The position numbers and the translations under genes are program-made. This document shows, piece after piece, positions 27,719 to 37,143 of a stretch of 60,827 nucleotides of DNA. The stretch's first letter is position 1. Each line of letters begins with the position of its first letter. This DNA comes from a virus (taxonomy: Duplodnaviria > Caudoviricetes), in the IMG/VR virus record IMGVR_UViG_3300032954_000013, positions 1-60,827 of that record. One strand, 5' to 3'. Below the pieces are notes generated by a model. It was given only the letters and a program-made list of their open reading frames with translations, did not search any database and was not told the origin of the DNA.

Positions 27719-28017
27719 AAACTGTCACGAAGAAGATCAACGACAAGGAAGTCGCGATTGAGATTCACCGATTGCCGTTGCAACCAGGCATGCCTTACTC
27801 GCAAAAGATCGTGGCGAGGCACGGAGATCACAAACTCGAACATGTCGTCACTCATGACCCGGCAAACTTCAAGGCCGAGGACGCCCGGAGGCACATTGAG
27901 GGGATAGTCTATCAACTGGCGGCGAAAGTAGCGGCGATGGGCGACATCGCTGACTTTCTCGATGATTACCACCACGAGTCTAAAAACAATTCTGAGCACG
28001 GGCCGATTGAACCTTGA
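27715..28017 (+). CDS. Hypothetical protein
   Basis: ATGA-coupled to the tail tip gene. Confidence 0.6.
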   Translation: MKTVTKKINDKEVAIEIHRLPLQPGMPYSQKIVARHGDHKLEHVVTHDPANFKAEDARRHIEGIVYQLAAKVAAMGDIADFLDDYHHESKNNSEHGPIEP

Positions 28018-28393
28018 TGCCTGCGTTACAGGCCGCCATTCTCGCATGTTCGAAGATCACATAGCCGAGATAGGCTCGTCCCGTCCACCGAACAAAGGAA
28101 TGGCGATTCCTCTCTGTATAGTAGAAAAGCGCCGACTGGCCCGCAAAAAATCCCAGATTGATTCCAGCCTGCCTTGCCGGCGACGGATACTTTCCGAAAA
28201 TCGGATTGTTCTCCCAGCCGCCGCGATTGAGCAGTTGCCGCGTCGTGATCGCATCTGCTGCCGTTGATGCCGCCAGCAGCGAAACGCCGATCCGAAAAGA
28301 CTTCGAAGGCGCACGCTTGACGGGTTCTACCTGTGCAAGCACGGAACCCGAAAACAGCAGGATGAATACTGCGGCCATGATGATTCGTTTCAT
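27980..28393 (-). CDS. Exported/membrane protein (moron)
   Basis: Signal peptide MKRIIMAAVFILLFSGSVLA-Q; ADAITT..GWENNP resembles DUF5658-like membrane proteins. Confidence 0.7.
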   Translation of the reverse strand: MKRIIMAAVFILLFSGSVLAQVEPVKRAPSKSFRIGVSLLAASTAADAITTRQLLNRGGWENNPIFGKYPSPARQAGINLGFFAGQSALFYYTERNRHSFVRWTGRAYLGYVIFEHARMAACNAGIKVQSARAQNCF

Positions 28394-28533
28394 GACTTCG
28401 TTCCTTTTTTCGGCCTTCCTCCAAGCTTTCCGTTGCGCGCCGCCGCTTCAGCCTTCGCCTTGGACTTCGTTTCTCCGAGGCAGGCCGGGCAGCGAAGCGT
28501 GACGTGTGGATGCTTGGGGCATTTCACATCCAT
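28390..28533 (-). CDS. Small Zn-binding basic putative DNA-binding protein
   Basis: CPKH..CPAC and ARNGKLGGRPKK; GTG at 28527 is a possible leaderless start. Confidence 0.65.
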   Translation of the reverse strand: MDVKCPKHPHVTLRCPACLGETKSKAKAEAAARNGKLGGRPKKGTKS

Positions 28534-28562
28534 AGAATAGCCAACAGTTAGGTTTTTGTCCA
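28534..28562 (-). promoter_or_regulatory. Sigma70-like promoter TGGACA-N17-TATTCT
   Basis: Read directly; spacer holds the near-palindrome CCTAACTGTTGG. Confidence 0.6.
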
Positions 28563-28570
28563 GCCTGAAA

Positions 28571-28586
28571 AGATATAGAAACGCTT
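28571..28586 (+). promoter_or_regulatory. Conserved late motif AGATATAGAAACGCTT (copy 5)
   Basis: Followed by GAGG and ATG at 28598. Confidence 0.8.
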
Positions 28587-28597
28587 CTGAGGCCCGC

Positions 28598-31500
28598 ATG
28601 AGAAGAACCCTGCTTGGTTTGGCGGCGCTCGTTCTCCTGCTCGCCGCCCCGATCGCACTGGCGCAAGGCCCTTCGCTTACAACGGTTTCGGCCACCCTCT
28701 ACGCGTCAAACGGCCAGCCGCCAAGCGGAACAATCACAATTTCAACGCCGATACCATTCATTTCCGCAGATGGCTACCCGATCCCCGCGCATACGAACGT
28801 GACGGTGCCGGTCACGAACGGCGCCTTCAGCGTCAAGTTGGTTCCGACTGTGGCAGGGACTCCAGGCGGAGCATACTACATCGCCGGCTACAACCTTCCG
28901 AACGGGAGCTATACCGAATACTGGGTGGTTCCCGCGTCTGCGGTTCCGGTCGGACTCGCGCAGATCCGCGCGCCAGCCCCTCCAGTTCCGAGCATTTCAG
29001 TTCCATTCGCGCAACTCATACCGCCGCTTAATTGCGTGAATCAAACTCCGGAATGGACATCATCTGGCTGGGTCTGCATCACTTCGGGAAGCATCTTTCA
29101 GAGCTTTCAGCTTGGCTCGAATGCTCCGATCAGCGGCGCCGGGAATTATCTCCAGATCACAGGAAGTTCCCCGATTGTCATCGGGACGATGACGGGCCTT
29201 GGCACGATGGCATCCCCTTACGTCGTGCCAATCACTTGCCCGAGTTGCGGGGCGGGCGGCATGGTCTATCCGTCTGCCGGAATCGCCAATTCCACGGGTT
29301 CTGCGTGGGGCACATCCTACCAAGTCGGCACATCGGCGAATGACCTCGTGCAACTCAATTCCAGTGCCCAGCTGCCTCCCGTCAGTGCCGCGCTCCTCAC
29401 GAACTTCCCGACGCTGCCCTATTACGCGAATGTCCAGGCGAACGGTGGGGCGTTGCAGCAGGCAGCTACGCTCAATATCATCGCCGGCCCGAATATGACT
29501 GTCGCTTGCCCCACGTCGGGTGGCGTGACGAATTGCACGCTCAGTTCCACTTCCACCGCTTCGACAGCTTGGAGCGCATTGACGCCGGCAACGAACAGCG
29601 CTGCGGGAACTTTCCTTTCGACCGGCAATGCCTGGGATTTCTCGGCAGCCACTTCATTCAGCGTCCCGACTGTGGGTCTCACATTCCCCGGCTCGACGAG
29701 CGGCAGCGTGATTGTGGCCGCCCCAGCGGTCGCCGGCTCGCAGACGATTGCGTGGCCCGCAGGCTCCGGCACGGTCGCGGTCGGAGCTTCTCCACCGCTC
29801 GCCGAAAGTGCGGCTGGAGTAATTTCATGCCCCGGATGCGCGACGACGACTAACGGCGGTCCGCTTTCGGCCAGTTCGCCGATCACGATCAGCGCCGCCG
29901 GACTCATCGCCTGCGCCAGTTGCAATGTCTCAAATGCCACGGTATCAAGCGTGGGCCTCGCGACGAACGCCGGATGGTTCACGGTCACGAATTCCCCAGT
30001 GACCACGACGGGGAATCTCACTTTCAATCTCACAACCGGCCTCACCGGGAATGAAGTTCTCGCGACTCCCAATGGCTCAAGCGGCGTCATCGCACTCCGC
30101 GCGCTGGTCGGCGCCGATATTCCTGCGATCAATCTGGCCGCGAGTGGCAACGGCGGCGTGACCGGAAACCTCCCTTATTCCCAACTCTCCGGCGCACCGA
30201 CGCTCTACTATCAAACGATTCAGGCGAACGGATCAGCGCAGACGCAAGAGTTGACTGTCAATTATGCGGCCGGATCGAACATGACGATTACGCCGTCACT
30301 CGTGGGCGGCGTAACGACTCTCACCTTCACGGCGAGCACTACAGCTTCGACGGCATGGAGTGCAATCACTCCCGCCACAAATTCGAACGCAGGCACATTC
30401 ACGGCGAGCGGTAACTCATGGGTGTTCTCGGGCGCGAGCGCTTTCACGCTGCCAACTGTGGGCGCGATCTTCCCTGGCTCGACGAGCGGAAACATCACGC
30501 TTATCGCCACAGCCATCGCAGGCACGAACACGATTACCTTGCCAGCCGGGACCGGAACGGTCGCCATCTCCGCATCATCACCGATCACTTTGAGCGCAAC
30601 CGGACAGATCGCCTGCGCGACGTGCAACACGTCCAATGCGACGGTTTCAAGCGTCTCGATTGGCAACCTCTCGCCCCTATTCACCGCGAGTGTGGCGAAT
30701 TCAACCACCACTCCCACGATCTCGTTCACGCTGTCGAATGCGGCGCAAAATTCCGTTTTTGCCGGTCCCGCATCGGGCGGGGCTGGCGCTCCGAGCTTTC
30801 AGACGGCGCCAACATTCAGCGCCGCGAACCTGACGAACTTTCCGGTATTCGGATATTCGAATGGCGGCACCGGGGCGACGAGCTACACGACGAATTGCCT
30901 GCTTGAGGCAGGCGCATCGGCGTTCGCCTGCTCGCATCTCTCCGATAACGGCACGCTGATTTCGGCGACCGAGGGGCTTTCCATCGCTCCGACATCGACT
31001 TCACAGGTCGGCCTCATCGTCAACAATCCATCAAGCACGACCGCCGACATCGCCGATTTCGAAGTGAACGGCTCCATCGTCGCCAAAATCGACAAGAACG
31101 GCAATATCTACGCGGCAGTCGGAAGCAGTGTCGCTGGCCAAACCGTTCTCGCGTTCGGGACTGCGGCGAGTGCGCCATCGAGTGCCATCGGGATCACGGT
31201 TCCTACCAGCGGCACGGCGTATCAGATCGTGCTCCCCGGCGCGCAGCCGAGCGGAAGCAATACCTTCCTGTCTTGCACGTCGGCGAATCCGGCAGTCTGC
31301 AGTTGGGCTGCGGGAGGCGGAGTCACCAGTGTTTCCAACAGCGACGGCACGCTCACGATCTCGCCGACCACCGGAGCAGTCGTGGCTTCGCTCGCGCTCG
31401 GACACGCGAATACCTGGACCGCCGCGCAAACATTCCCCAACATCGTCTTCACAGGAAGCGCTTCCTACGCTCCGACTGCGGCGGGAGTTTTAGGCTACGA

Positions 31501-32395
31501 CACGACCAACAACCGTTATGTCGGAGGCAACGGCACAAACACTTCCTTTCTGACGTGGATCACCGCCGCGCCGACGACGGGCCACCTGGCGACATGGAGC
31601 GGCACGCTCGGACAATTGACGGACGGCGGAGCCGTTCCGACAGGTATGACCTATCCAAGCGGCAGCGGCTTTGCCATCGTCTCGGGCGGTGCAAGCTGGG
31701 GAACAACCCTGGCGATTCCGCTGCCCGTCGCTGATGGCGGCACGGGCACGGCGAGTCCGGGACTTGTGGCCGGTAGCGGCATTAGCATCACGGGAACCTG
31801 GCCGAATCAGACGGTCACGAACACGGGCGGCGGCGGAGGGGGCGGTCAGACCGATCACCCGATCACCACGACAACGGTGCCTCGTGTTTATGGCTTGTCC
31901 ACAACCGCAGCGGTGACGGTTGCCAACACGGTAAGCGCCACGACGATCATCGGCGCGTCGTTCCAGGGCAGCAATGCGATTCCAGCCGGAGCCATGCTGC
32001 CCAACGGACCGGGCACGAAGACGATGAGATACCACGCCTCGGGAGTCATGGGCACGGCGAGCTCGCCACCGACGCTTACCGTGACAGTGCTTCTTGGCGG
32101 CCAAACGCTTTCTTCGATTTCCGTTCCCGTCGTCGGCAGCCTTTCAAGCGATCCATGGGAAATGGACTATTATTTCACGGTCACGGGAATCGGTTCGGCA
32201 CAAGCTGGGGGCTGCGTTCGATTCATCGGCGCCGCCGGCGCTTTTCTGGCCGGGTGTGCGTCAAATGCCAGCATAACCGGTTTGAATTTTGGCGCGAACC
32301 AGACCTTTGACGTGCAAGTGACCTGGGGCACGGCGAGCTCGTCGAATACGATCACTTCCAACCAATCCGTACTCAGTCAGGAGCAGAGTCTATGA
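28598..32395 (+). CDS. Large signal-peptide-bearing fibre-like protein
   Basis: MRRTLLGLAALVLLLAAPIALA-Q leader; Gly/Ser/Thr-rich; CxxC repeats; internal duplication; NGGTG/DGGTG fibre motifs. Confidence 0.8.
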   Translation: MRRTLLGLAALVLLLAAPIALAQGPSLTTVSATLYASNGQPPSGTITISTPIPFISADGYPIPAHTNVTVPVTNGAFSVKLVPTVAGTPGGAYYIAGYNLPNGSYTEYWVVPASAVPVGLAQIRAPAPPVPSISVPFAQLIPPLNCVNQTPEWTSSGWVCITSGSIFQSFQLGSNAPISGAGNYLQITGSSPIVIGTMTGLGTMASPYVVPITCPSCGAGGMVYPSAGIANSTGSAWGTSYQVGTSANDLVQLNSSAQLPPVSAALLTNFPTLPYYANVQANGGALQQAATLNIIAGPNMTVACPTSGGVTNCTLSSTSTASTAWSALTPATNSAAGTFLSTGNAWDFSAATSFSVPTVGLTFPGSTSGSVIVAAPAVAGSQTIAWPAGSGTVAVGASPPLAESAAGVISCPGCATTTNGGPLSASSPITISAAGLIACASCNVSNATVSSVGLATNAGWFTVTNSPVTTTGNLTFNLTTGLTGNEVLATPNGSSGVIALRALVGADIPAINLAASGNGGVTGNLPYSQLSGAPTLYYQTIQANGSAQTQELTVNYAAGSNMTITPSLVGGVTTLTFTASTTASTAWSAITPATNSNAGTFTASGNSWVFSGASAFTLPTVGAIFPGSTSGNITLIATAIAGTNTITLPAGTGTVAISASSPITLSATGQIACATCNTSNATVSSVSIGNLSPLFTASVANSTTTPTISFTLSNAAQNSVFAGPASGGAGAPSFQTAPTFSAANLTNFPVFGYSNGGTGATSYTTNCLLEAGASAFACSHLSDNGTLISATEGLSIAPTSTSQVGLIVNNPSSTTADIADFEVNGSIVAKIDKNGNIYAAVGSSVAGQTVLAFGTAASAPSSAIGITVPTSGTAYQIVLPGAQPSGSNTFLSCTSANPAVCSWAAGGGVTSVSNSDGTLTISPTTGAVVASLALGHANTWTAAQTFPNIVFTGSASYAPTAAGVLGYDTTNNRYVGGNGTNTSFLTWITAAPTTGHLATWSGTLGQLTDGGAVPTGMTYPSGSGFAIVSGGASWGTTLAIPLPVADGGTGTASPGLVAGSGISITGTWPNQTVTNTGGGGGGGQTDHPITTTTVPRVYGLSTTAAVTVANTVSATTIIGASFQGSNAIPAGAMLPNGPGTKTMRYHASGVMGTASSPPTLTVTVLLGGQTLSSISVPVVGSLSSDPWEMDYYFTVTGIGSAQAGGCVRFIGAAGAFLAGCASNASITGLNFGANQTFDVQVTWGTASSSNTITSNQSVLSQEQSL

Positions 32396-33306
32396 GCAAG
32401 CTAAAGTTTTTGCTGCCGATGATTCTCGTCGCGTGCCTCGCATCTGCGGCCCATGGGCAGGGGCAGACGCTTTGCCCGACGAATACGTGGCCGTATCCGA
32501 ACGATCCGGTCACGGGAACCACGCAGTACACGCTCACGAAGATTAATTCGAGCGGCAATGCGGTCATCATGGCGACGACCGACACCGCCGGTTTTGCCGG
32601 TATCGCAATCTATGGAGCCGGGCAATCCGGCAGTGTGTGCCTGGCGAGAATCGGACTCTGGCCGCTCAAGATGTCAAACACCGCGACCGCGCAGCACTAC
32701 GTCCAGATTTCTTCCGGGACCGGGGGCGATGGTGCTGATACGGGAGCGACGACTTATCCGACCAGCGGCGGAGACGTGATTGGGCGCGTTCAGGCCTACG
32801 TGAGCGGCGCAGGGCTTGCGATAGTCGATCTTGGGCCGGAAGTGCAGGCCGTTGGACTTCCCAACGTAACAAACGATGCACAGACCAAAGCGGCCATCGT
32901 TCCCAATACGACTCCCTCGGCCGGGCAGCTTCTTGTCGGCAATGCGGGCGGAACGGCCTACGCGCCAGTCACGATGAGCGGCGATTGCACGATCACAAGC
33001 GCGGGAGCCATGGCCTGCGTTCCCCACGTTGCCGATACCACGATCACGATCGGCACCACGGCCATCAGCGGGAACAGCAAGACGACGGTCGCCACGGTGA
33101 CGATGACCGGCGCAACTACCTCGATGGTGGTTTCGATCTCTCCTTCGGCTGATTACAGCGGCACGACTGGATGGGGGACGACCGGAGGCTTGGTCATCAT
33201 GGCCTGGGTGAGCTCGGCGAACACGGTTAGCTACTACGTCATCAATCAGACGGCGTCAAGCATCACGCCGGGAGCCTCAACGACGTGGAATGTGAGCGTG
33301 CGATGA
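32392..33306 (+). CDS. Signal-peptide-bearing fibre-like protein
   Basis: MSKLKFLLPMILVACLASAAHG-Q leader; Thr/Gly-rich; MSGDCTITSAG motif. Confidence 0.75.
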   Translation: MSKLKFLLPMILVACLASAAHGQGQTLCPTNTWPYPNDPVTGTTQYTLTKINSSGNAVIMATTDTAGFAGIAIYGAGQSGSVCLARIGLWPLKMSNTATAQHYVQISSGTGGDGADTGATTYPTSGGDVIGRVQAYVSGAGLAIVDLGPEVQAVGLPNVTNDAQTKAAIVPNTTPSAGQLLVGNAGGTAYAPVTMSGDCTITSAGAMACVPHVADTTITIGTTAISGNSKTTVATVTMTGATTSMVVSISPSADYSGTTGWGTTGGLVIMAWVSSANTVSYYVINQTASSITPGASTTWNVSVR

Positions 33307-34058
33307 TCCGCAGAATTCTCACTATCGCATTCGCGTTGTCTCTCGTTCCATTTCTTGCTTTCGGACAGAATACCGTCCCGCAAGCAACTGGGGCAATCGC
33401 AGGGAGCGGCGGCGGCACCAATCCCGCATACGTCCAAGGGTCTACCGGCTTTACGGCCAGCGCCACGAATGTCTCGGCTACTCTGTCTGCGGTTGGTGCC
33501 GGTCATGGCCTGTTCGTCTACTGCATGGCACCGTCAAGCGCCTGCGCGGCTCCCACGGCGACAGGGGAGAGCTTCTCGACCTACACGGGAACATCGGGTT
33601 GCCAGGATTTCGGAGGCTACAACGTCCAGTGCTGGCTGGCGACTTCCACGGTTGGAGGGGAGACATCACTTACCTGCAACACGGGCGGCGGCACATCTGC
33701 GATTTTTTGCATCGTGATCGAATTCACAAGGCCGCAGGCGCTCGCCACTCCCAAGGACGCGGGCGGGCACAACAACACCGCCGGATCGACGAATTCCTGG
33801 TCCGTCTCTACCTCCGCTGCCACTACGAACGCCAACGATTTTGTAATTGGATGCTTCGGCTCGGTCAATATCGGCAACAACACCATTACAGTTGGAAGCC
33901 CATTTACCCAGCCCGCCGCCGCTTCGATCTCCAACTCCAGCGGGGAGGCCGCTTGCGGTTATCTCGTGGCGTCTTCCACAGGCACGCAGACCGCGACGGG
34001 TTCAGCGACATCGAACATGACCAATACCAACGGCGTAATTCTGGCGGTAAAGCCGTGA
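33303..34058 (+). CDS. Signal-peptide-bearing Cys-containing beta-rich protein
   Basis: MIRRILTIAFALSLVPFLAFG-Q leader; several Cys; two similar halves. Confidence 0.75.
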   Translation: MIRRILTIAFALSLVPFLAFGQNTVPQATGAIAGSGGGTNPAYVQGSTGFTASATNVSATLSAVGAGHGLFVYCMAPSSACAAPTATGESFSTYTGTSGCQDFGGYNVQCWLATSTVGGETSLTCNTGGGTSAIFCIVIEFTRPQALATPKDAGGHNNTAGSTNSWSVSTSAATTNANDFVIGCFGSVNIGNNTITVGSPFTQPAAASISNSSGEAACGYLVASSTGTQTATGSATSNMTNTNGVILAVKP

Positions 34059-36115
34059 CGCCTTACCAGCCAGCGATGTCGAACCAGTCGGCTTTCTGCC
34101 TGCGAAGCGCAGCGAAGAAATTCCTGATGCGATCGGCCATCTTTTTCATTGCGGCCCTCTTTTATGCTGGTCCGAGTATAGCACAGGCCCCGATCTGGCC
34201 CGGACAATCCGGCAACTATGTGGGCTTCGCGGCGGCTCCGGGCTGGCCCGGTTCATTTACCGCCACGGCCTGCCCATCCTCGCCCGCGAGCGGCACTAGC
34301 TGGGCCAACGCGACAATCGTCACGAATTGCACCTACAGCACGTCGAGCCACATATCGGTCAGTTGCCACTACTGCGAATTCCTGTACGTGGACTTCAAGA
34401 CTTCGGCGACCAATGACGATACGGTTCTGGTCAGCGGGCAGAACATACTTTTCATGGGAGACCGCTTCCAGTCGAACTGCGTCGAGTGCGGAGACGTGTC
34501 CGTGACCAGCTCGGCGAGCGCGGTTTACTTCTTCTACGACAGCACCACGCCGCTAGTTTCCTACTACATTTCGCCTCCGGGCACGGGATGCAGCGAGGTT
34601 ACGCCGGGGAACATCGGCTGCACGGGCTGGCCCGCCGCCGGAATTAACACTTTCAACCCGATAGAAGAAACCGGATTCACTCCGGGCGCGATTACTCCAT
34701 CGAACGCGACGGCGGTGAACGGCAACAAGGGGTATGAGTTCGGCTTCAACCTCAACAGCAGCACGGGCACGGTATGGATCGACTCGTGCGACATCTGGGG
34801 ATTCGGGGACGCCATCGTCAGTCAGACCTCGACCGCCCAGCAAACGATTACCAACACGTGGATTCACGACGCCGCTTATCCTTCCGAGCAAAGCTACCAC
34901 GTGGACGGCTACGGGTACTCAAACGGCGCTGTGGGGCCAAACAATGTGACGCTGATCGGCACGGTTACGGCAATTTATGGCGGCGGTGGAACCGATGGGC
35001 TGGCCCTGCAAGCGGCGACGGGCGGCTACCAGAACATCTACGTGGCCGAGAATTTCTTCAGCGGCGATGGAGCGACGATTGCATGGTGCCATCCTGGTTC
35101 CGTTCAATGCACCAACTCCTATTTCTACGGGAATACTTTCGGGACAGACATGCAGCCGGGAGGACCGGTTTACGGGTTCACCACCACGCTCGGCTCCGGA
35201 AGCCAGTGGATATGCAATCGAATCTCGTTCCGCTCGGGAACCTCATGGACGGACCAGAACGATAACTGGACGCCCACTTCCGGGATGAACGGGCAATATT
35301 TCCTCTGGGCGCAAGGCACCGCTCCTAACTACGCCTACAACAATTCAACCGACACCGGAGGGAATACGGTCTGCGGCGTCCCTGCGCCATCCACGATCAA
35401 TTTCGGTACGCAGGCGAGCGGCACCAGCTCATCCGCCCAGACGGTCACGCTCTACGCCAACAATACGGCGAATCTCACGGGCGTTTCCGTGGCGCTGGCA
35501 GGCGGAACGCAGTTCTCCATCGTATCGAACGGCTGCGGATCGACGGTGACGGCTGGAACCAACTGCGCGATCACGGTCAAGTTTTCGCCGACCGGACTGG
35601 GGCCGCAGACCGATACGCTCAAAATCACGGACAACACACCGGGAGTGACTTCGCCGCAACTCGTGCCTTTGGCGGGAACAGGCATCAATAGCACGGCCGT
35701 GGTGCTTTCGCCTTCGAGTGAGAATTTCGGCTCGATCAATGTAGGCAGCTCTAGCAGTCCCGCCACTTTCACCCTTACGAATAACAATTCCACGACGGCG
35801 ACGAGTATTTCGCCTTCGGTCCCATCGGGCGCCGACCCTTCGGACTTCTCGATCACGAATTCCGGCGCTGGTTCCTGTTCGGCTGCGGGCGGGTCACTTG
35901 CACAAGGAGTCAGTTGCACTTTCACCGTCACATTTACGCCCGGCGCAACCGGATCGCGTTCGGCGACTTTGAGCGTCTCCTATAGCGGCGGAGACGGTGC
36001 AAGTCCGCAGACGGCGGCACTATCAGGTACTGGAACATCAAGCGGAGTTTCTAATCCAGTTGTGCTCAGCGGATCCGTAACGCAGAATGGCAATAGTTCG
36101 ATTCAGGCGAAATAA
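34055..36115 (+). CDS. Exported beta-helix-like protein with two C-terminal ASH/choice-of-anchor-D Ig-like domains
   Basis: Leader MRSAIFFIAALFYAGPSIA-Q (ATG 34127); NFG..SSAQTVTL..C...C.ITVKFSPT..G and a second copy; IWGFGD, WIHD, HVDG beta-helix-like turns. Confidence 0.75.
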   Translation: MTPYQPAMSNQSAFCLRSAAKKFLMRSAIFFIAALFYAGPSIAQAPIWPGQSGNYVGFAAAPGWPGSFTATACPSSPASGTSWANATIVTNCTYSTSSHISVSCHYCEFLYVDFKTSATNDDTVLVSGQNILFMGDRFQSNCVECGDVSVTSSASAVYFFYDSTTPLVSYYISPPGTGCSEVTPGNIGCTGWPAAGINTFNPIEETGFTPGAITPSNATAVNGNKGYEFGFNLNSSTGTVWIDSCDIWGFGDAIVSQTSTAQQTITNTWIHDAAYPSEQSYHVDGYGYSNGAVGPNNVTLIGTVTAIYGGGGTDGLALQAATGGYQNIYVAENFFSGDGATIAWCHPGSVQCTNSYFYGNTFGTDMQPGGPVYGFTTTLGSGSQWICNRISFRSGTSWTDQNDNWTPTSGMNGQYFLWAQGTAPNYAYNNSTDTGGNTVCGVPAPSTINFGTQASGTSSSAQTVTLYANNTANLTGVSVALAGGTQFSIVSNGCGSTVTAGTNCAITVKFSPTGLGPQTDTLKITDNTPGVTSPQLVPLAGTGINSTAVVLSPSSENFGSINVGSSSSPATFTLTNNNSTTATSISPSVPSGADPSDFSITNSGAGSCSAAGGSLAQGVSCTFTVTFTPGATGSRSATLSVSYSGGDGASPQTAALSGTGTSSGVSNPVVLSGSVTQNGNSSIQAK

Positions 36116-36125
36116 GGAGAGAAGC

Positions 36126-36545
36126 ATGAAATCGAAAAGCATCTTGGCGCTGGTCATCGTTGCATTGATTGCTGCGTTTGCTTTCGGTTGGCATGAGTTT
36201 GGCTCGCATTCGTCCTCGGTTTCGGCCTCGGCGCCAAACGCCAAGGATTGCATGCCGAGCTCGCCGACCGATATGAGTTGCCCGTCGCAGGACTATCTCG
36301 ACCTGCAGGCGCGCGCAGCGAAGGCTCAGGCCGAGATTAACGACTTGATGCAATCGGATGAAGTGAAGAAGTTGAACGCGGAAATTCAGGAGAAGCAGAT
36401 CACCTGGAAGGGAATCGAAGTGACGCTGAATCAGATGACGCCGCGCGATCCGATGGGGCGCGCCTACGGCTACGACGACAAGACGCACCGATTCACTCCG
36501 CCTCCGAATCCAGCGCCGCAGTCTCCGCCGCCGGCCAAGAAATGA
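36126..36545 (+). CDS. N-anchored coiled-coil protein (possible i-spanin-like)
   Basis: N-terminal TM/signal, heptad segment, Pro-rich tail; AGGAG RBS. Confidence 0.55.
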   Translation: MKSKSILALVIVALIAAFAFGWHEFGSHSSSVSASAPNAKDCMPSSPTDMSCPSQDYLDLQARAAKAQAEINDLMQSDEVKKLNAEIQEKQITWKGIEVTLNQMTPRDPMGRAYGYDDKTHRFTPPPNPAPQSPPPAKK

Positions 36546-36700
36546 ACGATGAAGGCGAGCCCGTCGCGGTGCATTTCGATCGTTATTGCCCGCACTGCGG
36601 ACGCACGACGAAGCACGCGATGGTTGACGGCGAACCGAAGTGCGAAGAGTGTTCCAAGCGGGATAATTTGCTCGAGTTTCCGAGGAGGCCCAGCCAATGA
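36542..36700 (+). CDS. Small Zn-ribbon protein
   Basis: Manual translation contains CPHC and CEEC; ATGA-coupled on both sides. Confidence 0.55.
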   Translation: MNDEGEPVAVHFDRYCPHCGRTTKHAMVDGEPKCEECSKRDNLLEFPRRPSQ

Positions 36701-37143
36701 TGGTCATGGTGCAGCAGGTTGATGTCGCTCACGTTCACCCGCATGTGATTTGGTTTTTCTACTGGACTGGATGGTTCATGCACATCCTCTGCGTGGCCTA
36801 CCTGACGGCCAAGAGCGCGGTGAACCCGGCGAAGGACATCTGGGACTATCTCGTCCAGAAATGGCCCCCCATCTTGATTCGCATGTTCCTCGTCACGCTC
36901 GGATTCCTGTTCTGGAAGTTCAATCCGACCGTTGTGAATGATTTCGGCAAGCACTGGGCATCCAGCCTTTCGCCGGGAACTTTTCACGATCTGATCCTGA
37001 GCGTCGGGATTCCGCTCAACGCCTTCACTGCGGGCCTCTACGGTTACGTGGGCGACTCGCTATTCGACAAGCTGCTCGGCTTCACGCCCTGGTTCAAAAG
37101 CGTCGTGCCGCCGCTCGCGCAGAATGCCGTGCAAAATCCATGA
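36697..37143 (+). CDS. Putative holin-like membrane protein
   Basis: About three hydrophobic segments; GLYGYVGDSLFDK; GGAGG RBS. Confidence 0.55.
   Translation: MMVMVQQVDVAHVHPHVIWFFYWTGWFMHILCVAYLTAKSAVNPAKDIWDYLVQKWPPILIRMFLVTLGFLFWKFNPTVVNDFGKHWASSLSPGTFHDLILSVGIPLNAFTAGLYGYVGDSLFDKLLGFTPWFKSVVPPLAQNAVQNP

Noticed and set aside
7694-28586. Five 16-bp repeats as recombination/att sites or a dispersed array
   Set aside because: All are co-oriented and tied to RBS/start codons of late genes; no recombinase seen
33599-34054. N-terminal extension of the 838-aa ORF
   Set aside because: Off-frame overlap with 33303-34058; real start is 34055 or 34127
24359-36115. Diversity-generating retroelement or invertible tail cassette
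   Set aside because: No reverse transcriptase, invertase or TR/VR pair noticed
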